DNA of 64,000 nucleotides from Gracilinanus agilis (taxonomy: Eukaryota): NCBI RefSeq assembly GCF_016433145.1, contig NC_058135.1:255306413-255370412 (forward strand), written 5' to 3'. Of this stretch, positions 12,361 to 25,269 are shown piece after piece. Under the pieces are notes generated by a model. That model made no database searches. It was given only the letters and a program-made list of their open reading frames with translations, and had not been told where the DNA came from. The translations under genes were made by a program, and so were the position numbers. Numbering within the stretch: the stretch's first letter is position 1; every line of letters starts with the position of its first letter.

Positions 12361-14815
12361 AGCCACTAAACTATTGCAGCAACACTTTTCTTGCTCTGAT
12401 GGAAAAATTGAGTTTAAATATGAAAATCTTTGTAAGATTGCTTTGATCATAACTCTTTGCTCAATCTGCAGTTGATGTAGTGGTCAGTGCAGGTTCTTTT
12501 TTTTTTTAACTTTGTATGGTATAATTCTCTGAATTATTTTGTCAGAGGCTGTTAGGCTAGCCTGCCATTGTTAAATAAACTCAAACTAAGTCATCTTGGC
12601 ATTAGCCTTCCAGAAATCAGGCACAAAATATGAAGGGGGGAGAGGTGAAATTCAGTATTTTATTTTGTTATCTCAAAGACTATCAAGCAAAAGTTTATAT
12701 TTTGTCAAACATTTTTGAAGAAACAAATTGAAAATTTTTTTAATGTTGAGTTATTTTTTAAAGAGTTTGTTCAAATAAAATAATGTTTGTAATGCTGTTA
12801 CACAATCCTTTTTTTCCCCAATGTGAAACAAACTTTTAACATCCATTTTAAACTAAAAAAATCTTCGTGCTATGCAACCATTCCAAGATTAAAGGAAAAA
12901 GTATACTTCCTGAATGTAAACAGTCGGTTATTATTTTTGACTGCCACTCCGAATTGAAATGTCTTAGGAAACTTATTTTTCACAAATATTCATTGATTTT
13001 CATCAGATATTACATGAAACATTACATCATTGAGTTAGAAAATGTTTAAAGTCTCATTTATATTCAGAAAAACTTTAGTGAACAACATGCCAGGTTTCTA
13101 AATATTTATGACTTTATGTTAATGAAAGTAGACTAAAGGTTTACCTTTCTGCGTTGTAGTATTTAGAAGATTTTACTGTAATCTGTTACATTAAATGCCT
13201 CAGTACTTAACATTTATATGTTTTCCTAATGTCATTTTTAATTTTATCATTTGTATTAGCATATTATCCTGAGAAATATTTTAAATTTCAATACTGTAGC
13301 TATGGCCTAGCTTTGAAAAAGCATATAACAAAGCCACCCTGGTGCAATTAAAGGTCACTTGTCCATATTGTAATGGACTACTCATTTACAAGATCTGTGT
13401 TAAGGGTCAGTGTTACAGCATGAAATGGATTGCCCTTGTTGAGGAAGAAAATAAATAGGTCAACTTGGCTCGTATTCAGGAGACAGTGAACAAGGTTAGC
13501 ACAGTACTAGTTTATTAATATTTTAATAAACAAATTGTTCAAATACTGAAAAGAGCCAAATGCTCTTTGTCATATACTTAATGTAGATCAATAGAGAAAC
13601 TGTTTAAAACATGTAATCTCTGCATTCAGAGAAAACTTTTTTATTATTTAATCATAAGCAAAATTTAATCTCTCTAATCCATATCTCTATATGTAGATAC
13701 AGAAAGATAGAGTTTTTTAAAGCTTCATTAACAGTAAAGAAAAGCAAGCCTGAAATTCGAAAGGACACAGGAAACGCAGAACAATTGCACTAGTCAAATT
13801 TTCCTTAATTTTACAACCAGCATGTTTTTAAATGATTTATGATAACCATATGCTCCATTTTTGTATTCCAAAGTTCAAATTTTTTAAACATAAGGATGAA
13901 AAGCACAGGTTATGAATAAAACTAATTACTTTTTACCAATCTTAGCTCATAACATGAGATTGTATAGATCACCAGTACAGCCCTCCTCAATCTGCAATTA
14001 TGGGTCAATAATATGGTGTTCTGTAAAAAATAAGCAATATATTTTGTATTAAATGCTTGTTCAAGTTTTTAATTAATAAATAAAGACTTTAAAACAAGTA
14101 TACCACTGGTCCTCTAAGTGTCAAGTACTTAATTTTGGATTACAGGGACCAATAAGAATCACTAAGTTTAAAATCTATTTAAATTCTCTTTCACATTAAA
14201 TGTTTCATCATAAAAGCCATTTTGCCTCTCTTTGTGATTTTAATTCTCCAGCTCAGAGTTGCAAGGTGAAATAAACAAATATACACACAGTTACACACAC
14301 TATACTATTTTAAAGTTACTATGAGTCATTAACATTGAAAAAGCTTAAGGCACTGTATTCAGAGCAAACCATATCCAGTGTGTTTGATAAGATGTTTCAG
14401 TAGTAATATTTTAGTTTACTTAGAAGAATGAACGATATTGAGTTATTCTTTAAAATCATTGTTTTTAATTGGCCTGCCCATGTGTATGATTCTCTAGTAT
14501 GCTCCAGATGGAATATGCTACTAAGAGTAGCACTCAATCCAAACCAACCTCTCAGGGTTTCTAAGAGGTGCTCAGTCATCACCCCAGAAATATTTCTACC
14601 TCCCTGTTGGTTAAAAAGAACCCAAAGCTGGCACATTGTCAAAATGGTGGCCACTTTTAAGTAGTCCATCCCACTTCTAAAGATGCTGAACTCTCAGTGT
14701 ATTGAATTGTCCTTTGATATCCTAGAATAGCTAGCAAAACTTCATGTAGGCTAATGTTACAGAGAACCCTAAGCCCAGAGAATCTCTGGGTCCCTAAACT
14801 CCCACCTTTGTTTTT

Positions 14816-14967
14816 TTTTTCTTTTTTCTTTTTCTTTTAAATATTTTACCGTATTTACATGTTTCGTGTTCTTTCCCACTCCCTAAACCTCCCTAACCCC
14901 CCTTAGCTGACACATAATTCCACTGGGTTTTACATGTATCATTGATTAGCCCCTAATTCCATATTAT
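14816..14967 (-). mobile_element. Very short 5'-truncated L1 3' tail
   Basis: Poly-T start; near-perfect 15-bp TSD cccacctttgttttt 14801-14815 / cccacatttgttttt 14968-14982. Confidence 0.75.
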
Positions 14968-17185
14968 CCCACATTTGTTTTTGAACATTATTGGGTACTG
15001 TCTACACAAAACTAAATGTGGTGGTCCTAACTCTGAATTCTTTCTATGGAAAAAATTAGCTCTTTTAATGTAGTTCAAAGACTTAAATGAATTTTCACAG
15101 ATATTTGCTTTCTTTTAAGGGAATAGCATTAAGAAAATAAAAATCTGATTCAGAACATTCTAGCAGTTAAAGGTTCATTGACTGACTAATGTACTCTAAT
15201 ATAACTAGAATAGAAAGAAATTATTTATCACTATAATATGGAGTGATACCTTTTTGATGGTACTGTCAATTTCATCCTTGTTCTGTTATATTGCAGCGTT
15301 GGAATGATTGGAATAGTTGGTCTTAATAAAATGAAATGTAAATTGTATAATCTTTAATAGAAATAACGACTTGGAATTTGGCTCTGAAGCCACCTCCAGA
15401 CAAAAAGGAGGCCTAGAAAGAACAGCTTAGTTTGGGCCCAGGGCAGATCTGTTAAATAAAGTAAAAGTAAGAATATAAAAAGCCCCCTAGCAGACAGAAA
15501 CCAACCCAAATGCCCAGACCCAAGGACACCCCCTTTGACTCAGCATGTACCTATTGGCATTGACATGTCATGCAGCCCAAGCTGCCTTGAGGCACTAGAG
15601 TGGGGATTCCCACCTCAGAACGCCTGACTCTCATCAGGAAGCACCTTCTAACACTTACACAGAAGCTGAGCTAGAAGGATAGGATAGTTACTTAGAGTAT
15701 AGTACTGGACACTTTGGAGTCCTGGTCTGTTCCTACTGTGACCCTACTGTGACTTTTTGAGATTTTGTGTCCTTACCCTTACCACTGCTTATAGATTATA
15801 ACCATAATTAATATCACACTATAAAGTTTGCCCTGGTTTTCATACTTACATACATGGTTGATCATCATAACAAGCCTGTGAGGTGCCTACTCAATATTCT
15901 CATTTATGGATTGAATACTCCATACTTTACTTCTCCATAGCCACTACTTCAGAGGCAGGGACGAGGTCTTTTCTTTCTGAATAGCCCTAGCATTTCACAA
16001 AGGTCATTGTGATAGTAGCAAGTTTATAAATGTTCATCAAATTGAATTTAATTCTTATTTTGAATGAGTAAGGTGGAAAGCACAATAGAGAGAGAAGATC
16101 CATTCCATCTCCTCCAGGGTTTGGGACCACATGGGTACAAAATGTCAGCATAGAGCCTTGGTTTTATCTCATTTATATTGCTAGATCTTGAGTATTATTT
16201 AAATATTTTGAAAGATTTATGAATTTCAGACCTAATTTGACTAATATAAGCATTACTTTCAGTTCAAGAAATGACTGTGCTGCCCATGACAATCAGCAAG
16301 TCACTTTTCAATGGCAGTTTGGTTTTTAAGCATGTTATCATGAACCACTAAGATTACTTTCTTTAGACCCTTGGGGTACCTACAGTTTTTCTCATCCTCC
16401 CAACTTCCTTGAATACATGAAGCTAGAAGGTTCTTAGACTCATGTTGCCCTTCTATTTCAATTCATTGAGTCCTCCTAGAAAAGTATTTTGGTCAATAAA
16501 GTCATTTAAAATAGGAGAGAATATTTACATGCATAATATGTATTTCAGTCAAGAAAGAGATCTAAAAGTGAAATTTTAGAGTTTTGTAAAAATCCAGAAC
16601 TAGCATGGCCTTATACTGTTTCTGCATTTTCCATTTTATTAACCAAACCAAAAGTAACATTCTTGTAACTTTATTTGACAAACAATTCCATTAAAAAATT
16701 TATGAGTGAAACTATTGAATGTTTGGAGATATTATATGAGGCTGGTGCTTTAGAAAACTACATGCTTAAAATAAATTAAATTTTGCTTAGTGGAAATTAA
16801 CAATTTTGTACATTCAATGTACTTAAAGTTCAGTTTTGTTTCTCAGTGTCTACATAATGAAAGGACTCATAATATTCATTTTCAAAATGAATTCTATTAC
16901 CCATTCCTTGGAAAATCTAATTATTTATTGTCTCCATTTATGTAAAAATTTCCAGACAGCCAGTTTTAGAATGATACTAGTTTGGGATTTACTATAATAT
17001 CTTTTGTTGACCTCCACATTACTTGAGATTTTTGGAAAAAGCAAAGCAAATTCTGGTTTAGGGTTCGGAAGAACTAAATTCACCGACTTTCTCTTCCACT
17101 TTTGGTCTGGGGGACCATGGAGACCTCACCTGTTTTCTGTGCCTCTATTTTCCTTATCTTTAAAATGAGAGTTTTTGGACTAGAT

Positions 17186-17277
17186 TATTTTATTTGATTT
17201 TTAAATTTTTTTTCCATGGTTGCATGATTTTTGTCTCTCTTCCCTTTTCCCTCCCCCCTCCCAGAGTTGACAAGTCA
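17186..17277 (-). mobile_element. About 90-bp L1 3' tail inserted in a MIR
   Basis: TSD gactagat at 17178-17185 and 17278-17285; T-rich start, then a C-rich tract typical of marsupial L1 3'UTR. Confidence 0.65.
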
Positions 17278-18099
17278 GACTAGATGAATATGAAGATTTT
17301 AGCCAACTCTGTGATCATAAACATGTTCTTTTTATGTTTTCAGTTTCATCAATATCCTTTTCATTTCGAACCTCAACTATGAGACCAATTGAATTTTTCT
17401 AAATTTTCTTTAGAAGAAATTTTATAAAATTCTTTAGAAGAAATCTTTTACTTTTTGAGATAATGTGATAATCTGTAATGTTATATATTAGTAACCAAAA
17501 AGCTTATAATGAAAATATGTGCTCTGTATGTTTCTATTTCACCACCCAAATTTCATGTTTTTGTTCAACTGAAAGCTGGGTTCAAGGACAGAAATATGAA
17601 AGCAGATCTCCTTAAGGTGTTTTTCACCTGTGTTTAGCAGTGTTGGAGGTTTTTTTTGAATTGAATTTCTGCTTTAGATTACATGCTGCTATCTGATTGT
17701 TTATATTTCTTGATAACTTATAAATCTTTAAAAAACTAAAGATGATTAGAGGAGGAGTAACAGGTCAGAACTGAATATGAATCCCTTCAGCTATTCCTTT
17801 AGTTTTACCCTTATGAGCAGGAAAAGCAAAAGAATGTTCTTCATTGGTTGTTTCCATTTTTGATTATACAAATCAAGCTAGGAGCCTCTGTTCCCAGCTG
17901 TGTTCATCTCCAAGAGGCCAGCTTCAACTTCATAAGCATTGTGGGGGTGGTCTGGGGGGACCTGAGGGAATCTCAGAGGCAAAGAACCAAGATCCTATTC
18001 AAACTTAAGATAAAAACATTATGAAAACAAGTTTTGGCATGATGAAATTTTTATCGATTCAGAAAAAGAAGTGGGATATAAATCTTAAGGCATTCTAAA

Positions 18100-18720
18100 C
18101 TAGCTAACAAATGATTTGAATAGCTTTTTACTCACAGTAACTTTATTTAATGAACGTTACTAAATAACATTCCTCTTTGATTGTCAGCCATGGATTCATA
18201 CACATGGCATTTTGGAGACTTTATAAAAAAATAAAATACTTATGATTATTTTGCTAATTTGCTCATTTAATAATTGAAATGAAGATTATTTTAAATCACA
18301 TGAAAAAAGGAACCAACNNNNNNNNNNNNNNNNNNNNNNNNNNNNNNNNNNNNNNNNNNNNNNNNNNNNNNNNNNNNNNNNNNNNNNNNNNNNNNNNNNN
18401 NNNNNNNNNNNNNNNNNNNNNNNNNNNNNNNNNNNNNNNNNNNNNNNNNNNNNNNNNNNNNNNNNNNNNNNNNNNNNNNNNNNNNNNNNNNNNNNNNNNN
18501 NNNNNCCTCGTGTTTTGTAAGAGATTTCATGGTCCCATTATAAAGAGTGGATGATTTAAAACGTGTTCGGAAGATAAGCTTTCCCATTGTCATTCATGAG
18601 GATGGATAATACTGAGTGACAAGTGCATTAGGAGTGACAGAGAGAGAGAGCTGTGAGATTTGTCAGAGCACATCACTTCAGTCACAGGAACTTGAGGATG
18701 TCCCTTTTTGACCATTTTTG
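18100..18720. promoter_or_regulatory. Probable SIMO lens enhancer of PAX6 (N-block 4, 18318-18505, 188 nt)
   Basis: About 16 kb into the last ELP4 intron. Five MEIS-type TGACA[A/G] sites in the flanks: 18181, 18587, 18617, 18635, 18660. SIMO is an established MEIS1/2-dependent enhancer. Confidence 0.65.
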
Positions 18721-20769
18721 GCCTGACTTAAGGAGACCAGAACTTGCCTTTGATTACTCATAAAGGTGGGTGTCTGTTCCTAGGGGACATCCCTTTTTCA
18801 AAAAAATTGTTAGAATTTATTGGAAGATATTCTCAGTAAACTGCCTTATATTATTATAACCTAGCCCCCAGTTTATGATTTTTATCACATCCTGAATTTG
18901 TCTTTAAAAGTACTTAATTTGTGTTGATTAATTTTCTTTTTAAAATATTAAGTGAAATTCTACTGAATAAAAGATATTTAAAATACCATAAGGCAAATGT
19001 GATTTTTAAATTTTTGCCATGCTAAGAGAGAGACAGACGGAGAACCAGACAGAAAGACAGAGAGAAGCTTCTTCCCCCATTAGTCAAGATAAAAATGGAA
19101 AATTATGGCATTGTTGCACATAACTTACATTGCCTTTTTTAAAAAAATCATTAATGCAGCGATGCTATTTAAATATTAATCAATGAATAATTAATAATGT
19201 ATGACTTTCCTGGTGTTTAAGGTATTTTCAAACCCTTGCGTACCTATCCATTTCAATTTTGAACATACAATTGGTCACTTTTTTGCCTTGATTCATTTTT
19301 TCCTGGCTGCCAACCAAATTTTGTCTCTGTATACCTTCTTGACACTAATAATGACTGAATTCCTGTTCCTTTGCGTGCAAGATTTCCCAAGTGGCAGTTT
19401 GGGCCTGGGATAAACTATCTATCATGATTCAGTACAACTAATCTGCCTTAACCAAACCACCTGATTGAAATTATATTTGACAGTTCACCTCTCTTTGGTA
19501 TGCCTGAGGTGAGCATGGTTACAGACCATCCCTGGAAGGATATAGCAACTACTCCATATGCTAGGGGAAGGGACCTCTTAGTCATGTTAAGAGAGTTATG
19601 GTTATGCTTTTAGGAGGAATGGAGGTAGGAGAGAAAAGGAATTTAGTATCAGTACTTTCAAAAATACCCCTTATGTTTGATTTTCAACAGCTGACGTTGC
19701 TAGAAAGATGTTTGTATTATCGTATAGTGTACTGTATAAAGTGTTAGGATTCTGAAGTCATTTCATCCTCATTTTTAAAAGTCTTTCATTCATAAGACAT
19801 AGTATCAAACAATAGATTGGATGCCTATTGAGCTTTACCAGAGTTTCCTGCTGTTCGAAAGCATCTTAATCAGCAGAGAAATTATGAATATACAGCAAGA
19901 AAGGACCCACCTCTAGCCAACAGAAATTCTTTTAAACTTAATATTCATATTCTCCTTATTTTAAACTTTCAAACTTTGAGTTGGAAAACTGGTGGCAAAT
20001 GTAAACAGTTTGAAAGATTCAACTTTGGTGATAGAAACTAGCCTAAGAATCGTTGCCAAATATGTGTTATTAACATTTGCCATTTGTTTTAGTGAAGACT
20101 AGAATAAGCTGTGATGCTGTCACTGAAGAGTATTCATTGACTCTTCATTTCGTTTATGCTTTACCTTCTCCCTTACAGAAAGGTGCCCCTTAGGATCAGA
20201 AAATATAAATCTCAAATGGTGACCTGGAAAAAAGTTAAAGGAAGAATAGTATTTATCCTGAAAAGGGAAGACCCTGGAGTGACTTGCTAACAGTATTTTA
20301 AGTTTACAAAAACCACTCAGGAGTGAACATGCAAAATGAACATGTTGTGTGAAAAGGAAAACATTCTTGATTGCAAGAGTTGTTAAATGAGCAACTTTTC
20401 TAAAGCTTCCACTAATGTAAGATTCCTGTCCATTATTAGTCAGAGCAAATGCAAAAATAAAAATACCCCTAATACGGGAGCTCATAATTTTTTTGTTTGT
20501 CATGGATAGCCCCTTTGGCAGGCTGGTAAAGTCATTCATTGTATCCCTTCTCAGAATATTTTTTTTAATTCATACTTGAAGGAAATACTAAATTTTAGTT
20601 AGAAGTTAGCAAAAGTAAAAATGTAGTATTATTTTTTCCCATCCAATTTTACAGATCTCCTGATATCTATCCACATGAAGTGTATGTTCTTAGAGGTAAT
20701 TTCTACTTCCTCTAATCTTTACCAAGTCATATCTAAAACTGTAGCTGCTGACTCCTTTTGAAAATAGGG

Positions 20770-20995
20770 CAGTTAGTGGATAGAGTGCCAGACCTGGAGA
20801 CAAAGAGACTCATCTTTCTGAATTCAAATCTGGTTTCAAACACTAGCTGTGTGACCTTGGGCAAGTCATTTAACCCTTTTGGCCTTGGTTTCTTCATCTG
20901 TAAAATAAGCTAGGAAAAAAAGTGGCAAAACACTCCACTATCTGCCAAGAAAATTCCATATGGGACCATAAAAAATCAAACATAACTGAACAGCA
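20770..20995 (+). mobile_element. MAR1-type CORE-SINE
   Basis: gggcagttagtggatagagtgccagacctgg...ctgccaagaaattccatatggg...cataactgaacagca. Confidence 0.8.
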
Positions 20996-21789
20996 TTTTG
21001 AAGGTATAAGCTTAATATAGCATCCTGGTGTTGCATATTGTGGAAACTATTTCTGGTTAGTTCTTTAATAGCTATTATTATGACTAGAAACAAAGCAAAA
21101 TTTTAAGCTAATAAGCTTGATCTACCTGTCATTCCTTTGCATGCTGATTTGTATCTAACAACATATGGTAGTTAAGCAATGCAATATCATGTCAGAGCAC
21201 ATAGATGTACATTCATCCTAGAGAAATGATGAACCTGCCAAGCTATTAAATACATTCTATTTCAAAAAGCAGGCAAACTGATATAGATATTGAATATGAT
21301 TCCCAATAAGTCTAATTATGTGCTAAGTTATAACTTCAGCAATAAAATCTGTAATCATCCTAGCTATTCATCCCAGGTAATTACAAGCCCCCAATCACTA
21401 AATGTAATTATTTTTTCTTAGGACACATTAAATGTTACATTTTCAAAAATCAAACTAAATTCCTTCTACGTTATCCCTAAACATATCTATTTCATCATCT
21501 AAGGAAATAATTCCATCGTGCTATTTGATGATAAATATTCAGAATGAAAATTTGACAGTTAATAGATTTTTTGGTAATATGCTGTTTTAATATTAGTATT
21601 ATTTTATTTGAAAAGATTTTTCATCATTAAGTGAATCCTAAAGACACAAGTAACCTGCAGCATAATACATAGTGGGTTAATGTACAATGCACTGGATTAT
21701 GAGCTGCTTCTGGACAGGGGTATAGCTCTTAAGCCTGGCAGGTGCTGTGGATTGTTATAGATGCTCGATATATGTTTGAATGAATGAAT

Positions 21790-21990
21790 ACCTCATGTGG
21801 ATAGTGTTAGATTTAAAGTCAAGAGATCTTAGTTTTGAAACCTGCCTCACATTAGCTTGTGTTCTCATGGGCAAATCACTTACCCTCTCAGAATAGGTCT
21901 AAAATAAGGATCATAATTACTCTTCCTACCTCATGGGGTTGTTGTGAGGAAAAGATTTCACAGACATTGAGGTGCTTTATAAATGGGAAT
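21790..21990 (+). mobile_element. MIR
   Basis: gggcaaatcacttaccctctcag...cctacctcatggggttgttgtgagga. Confidence 0.75.
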
Positions 21991-23284
21991 TTTTACTCCA
22001 TAAGGCTTTGGGGCTTGCAAAATGCTTTTGCCATAATGATATAAATTCAGTTAATAATGTTCTCAACTTTTAAAAGAAAAAAAAAACGGTTCCTTTTCCA
22101 CATGTGCCCTTGTAACTTCTTTCACTATTCTTATTTATATTATACCGTGAAGCTCTGAGGGGGGAAAAAAGCCAGATAGGAAAGTAGGAAGACAGAGCCT
22201 TTGTTTAGGTAAGAAATTTACCTTGGGAGTTCTCTTAAGACTGTTACATGTAAAAGTTGATTTACGTTACTGCCACTTTTCAGAATGTTCTTTAAAGGAT
22301 GATAGACATGAGACAAAATGGTAAGCTCAACTTCTTTCTAGAATTCTCCAGTGCCTCAGGCAAGAACTATTCTAGTTAAAATAATTGGTCCATCCTTTAA
22401 TTTTTCTGAAGAATCTGAATTTTTTTCTAGGTTTCTGACATCTTCATTTTTTTTTTCTGAAGAAAACAAATGCCTCTACAAAGAGAAAAGGAAAAAAATA
22501 GTAACAATTCTGTAAGATCTTGCCCCTTGTCCTACAATGAAAAAATTTGATCTCTCTCTGTGTAACATTCTTACTTTGTCATTTGAAACATAGAGACTAA
22601 GATGTCTGAATAAGATCTGAAAGAGGTTTCTTAGGCCAGGAAAGTCATTAATTTCCCATGAAAAGGAATGTTGTCTTGGATAGAGGATATGGTGGAGAAA
22701 GAGTAGTAATGCTCAACTCTTATTTTGTTTTGTTTTGTTTTTTTGTTTCAAGGAGGATGATCTTTGACCTGGGAAAAGATAAAACAAACAAAAAAAAAGA
22801 TTTAAAGAGAATTGTTACCCAAGAAATATAGGGAAATTAGTAATAGAGCACCTAGATCCTCCCTGAATTGCTTCAACTTAACCTGAACAGATGGCCTACA
22901 TCTTAGGGTACTGAACAAACTGATAGGCATGATTTCTTGGCCATTATAAGTGGCATTTAAAAGAATATGGGGAGCATGAGATATTTCGTGATTAGAGATG
23001 GGCAAATGTCTTTTTAAAAAAATTAAAATGGGTGAGAGAAGGAGAAGGGAATCTGCAATGAACATACCTGATTGCTGGAAACATGTGCTATTACTATTAT
23101 TGTTATATGTTTTAATAGAGGGATGGTTGGAGGCATTTAAAAAAGAGAGTGACAGTTACAAAGAGCTCTCATGGTTTCATCAAGACAAATCATGCCATTC
23201 TAACATGATTTCCTTTTTTAACAGGGTTATTAGAGCTACTAAAAGAATGTTTTTATAGAGAGTTTCTATAGATTTCAGCAAAGC

Positions 23285-23525
23285 AGGAAAGCAGTGTGGT
23301 ATAGTGGTTAGAGAGATGTCCTTAAAGCTAGGAAGATCTAGACTCAAGTTCTACTTCTGACTCATGTGAGCTTTATGATCCTAGATAAGTCACTTAAACC
23401 TTTCAGAGTTCTAAACAAATCTCTAAGATGATAAGTTTCAGGGAAGGTGCCAACCTACATTTGTACAGGGTATTTATTCATTCAGGAATTCCCTACACCA
23501 GTGCAGTTACAGGACTAGTCCTTGC
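23285..23525 (+). mobile_element. Marsupial CORE-SINE with gaaggtgccaacct...ggaattccct tail, nested in L3
   Basis: Head gcagtgtggtatagtggttagag and CORE gataagtcacttaaacc; the same tail type recurs at about 24300-24360 and 54060-54140. Confidence 0.7.
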
Positions 23526-23891
23526 TCCCAATCCCTATGTGACAAAGCCTCTCATTTTATTGCTGGGGGAAAAAAATGGGGAAAAAACATGGAGGTTGGA
23601 GTCTAGCATGTTTTGGTGGACTTACTTGGTTTAATAGCTGGTCCCAAAGAATATTCATTAATAATTCAATGTCATCTTGGTTTGAGGATTCCATTGGTTT
23701 GTCCTAGGGAATCTGTCCTTGGTCCTGTGAATAAAGACTTGAATAAAGACATAGGATACTTACCCTCAACAGAATTTCAGAAATTTGCAGATGACACCAG
23801 CGATAAGGCATTAGCTAACACTGAATGGCAGAATAGAAAAAGATCTTGGTGCCCCAGAACAGAAGTACCAAAGGAGCCACCTGAATTGGGA

Positions 23892-24095
23892 GGGGCAGCA
23901 AGATGGCTCAGTGGATAGAAAGATGGTCCTGAAGAAAGGAGGTCCTGGGTTTAAATCTGGCCTCAGACATTTCCCAGCTCTGTAACCCTGGACAAGTCAT
24001 TTACATCCAGTTGCTTATCCTTTACTGCTCTTCTGCCTTGGAACCAACACTTAGTATCAATTCTAAAACACAAGGTAAAGGGTTGTTGTTTTTTT
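23892..24095 (+). mobile_element. Older SINE1_Mdo-type (long-tail)
   Basis: ggggcagcaagatggctcagtggatag...ctcttctgccttggaaccaacac...aaggtaaaggg. Confidence 0.85.
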
Positions 24096-24230
24096 AATGT
24101 AATTGAGAAATATTTAACAAAATAAATAAAAATGCATTAAAATGTAGATAACTTTACAGTTTAAAAATGAAGTCAATATGTACTCCCTATGCGTCCGTGT
24201 CCCCATTTCTATTCGAGTTTGACACCACTG
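24096..24230 (-). mobile_element. Non-autonomous hAT-like DNA transposon fragment
   Basis: Ends in agtttgacaccactg (24216-24230; reverse complement CAGTGGTGTCAAACT, a hAT-type terminal repeat); related copy at 39498-39617. Confidence 0.65.
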
Positions 24231-24585
24231 CTCTAGTAAGGTATTTAATGATAAATTATAGTCTTACATGAGTTCAAAAAATCAACTTCACAAGTATAAG
24301 ATTCAGAGAAGGTGCCAACCTGCATTTGTAGAGGGTATTTCTTCATCCAGGAATTCCCTTTTAATCAGACTGAAAATGATTTATGTGTTTTGGTGGACTG
24401 TAAATCCTATGTGATTAAGTACTGCAGTAAGACAGCCAGGAAAAGAAAGGTACATTTAGAGAAGCATGGTGTCCAGAAATAAGGTAGCCAAAGCCCCACT
24501 GCCCTGATCAGGATCCATGTGGAAGAAGCATTGTGTTCAATCTGGCTTCCTTGTTGTAGAAAGGATATCAAGAAGGTGGAAAACA

Positions 24586-24772
24586 GGGGGCAGCCAGGTA
24601 GCTCAGTGGATTGAGAGTCAGGCCTAGAGACGGGAGGTCCTAGGTTCAAATCCGGCCTCAGATACTTCCCAGCTGTGTGACCCTGGGCAAGTCACTTGAC
24701 CCCCCATTGCCCACCCTTACCACTCTTCCACCTAGGAGCCAATACACACAAGTTAAGGGTTTAAAAAAAAAA
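24586..24772 (+). mobile_element. Young SINE1_Mdo (short-tail)
   Basis: Close to consensus with CpGs intact; poly-A tail; TSD gtggaaaaca at 24576-24585 and 24773-24782. Confidence 0.95.
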
Positions 24773-25269
24773 GTGGAAAACATCCAAAGGGAGGTTGACC
24801 AAGATGGAGAAGAAAGAGGCTGAAGATCAGAAGAAATGGGGCTTGTTTGAAGGAACTACTGAAGTACGTCCTGGAAAAAGAACACTTAGAAGACTGACCT
24901 ATTTGATGGAATATCTTGTGGAAGGGGCATTAGACTTCTCTGCATGTCTGCAGAAGACAGGCTTGTAAGCAATGAGGAGACATTAGAAAGAGGCAAATTA
25001 AGCCTCGCTCAGTGGAAAAACTTCCTAACAATTAGATCCATGTAAGAAGGGAATGGACTGCCTTGAGAGCACACGTATCCTGCCTCCTTGGAGGCATTGA
25101 AGCAAGGGCCTACGCCCAGCTAGGTTTCAGATAGGACTATTGTTTGGCTATGATTTGGCCATCTAGAACAAAACTTTACAAATATCTAAAAGTATATATA
25201 ACTAAACATCCATTGTTATTATCATCTTTATTTCTTGTTAGTATTATTGTCACACAAAGTTTAAGTGGT

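Larger units (their letters stand above)
22840..25110 (+). mobile_element. Decayed L3/CR1 LINE (RT and 3' end), broken up by later insertions
   Basis: Translates to HQDKSCHSNMISFFNRV (CR1-type SCLTNLISF), D-F-S-K-A at about 23270, SVLGPV and KFADDT at 23781-23798; CR1-like 3' end at 24790-25110. Confidence 0.88.

Noticed and set aside
20120-20539. 139-aa minus-strand ORF as a gene
   Set aside because: No recognisable domain, splice structure or promoter; antisense to ELP4; the length is compatible with chance.
23445-24360. Apparent local duplication (gaaggtgccaacct...ggaattccct twice)
   Set aside because: Two independent copies of a common SINE tail; a third is at about 54100.
24586-24660. 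tRNA-like A/B boxes (gtagctcagtgg...ggttcaaatcc) here and in other SINE heads
   Set aside because: These are tRNA-derived SINE heads followed by CORE and tail with TSDs, not tRNA genes.
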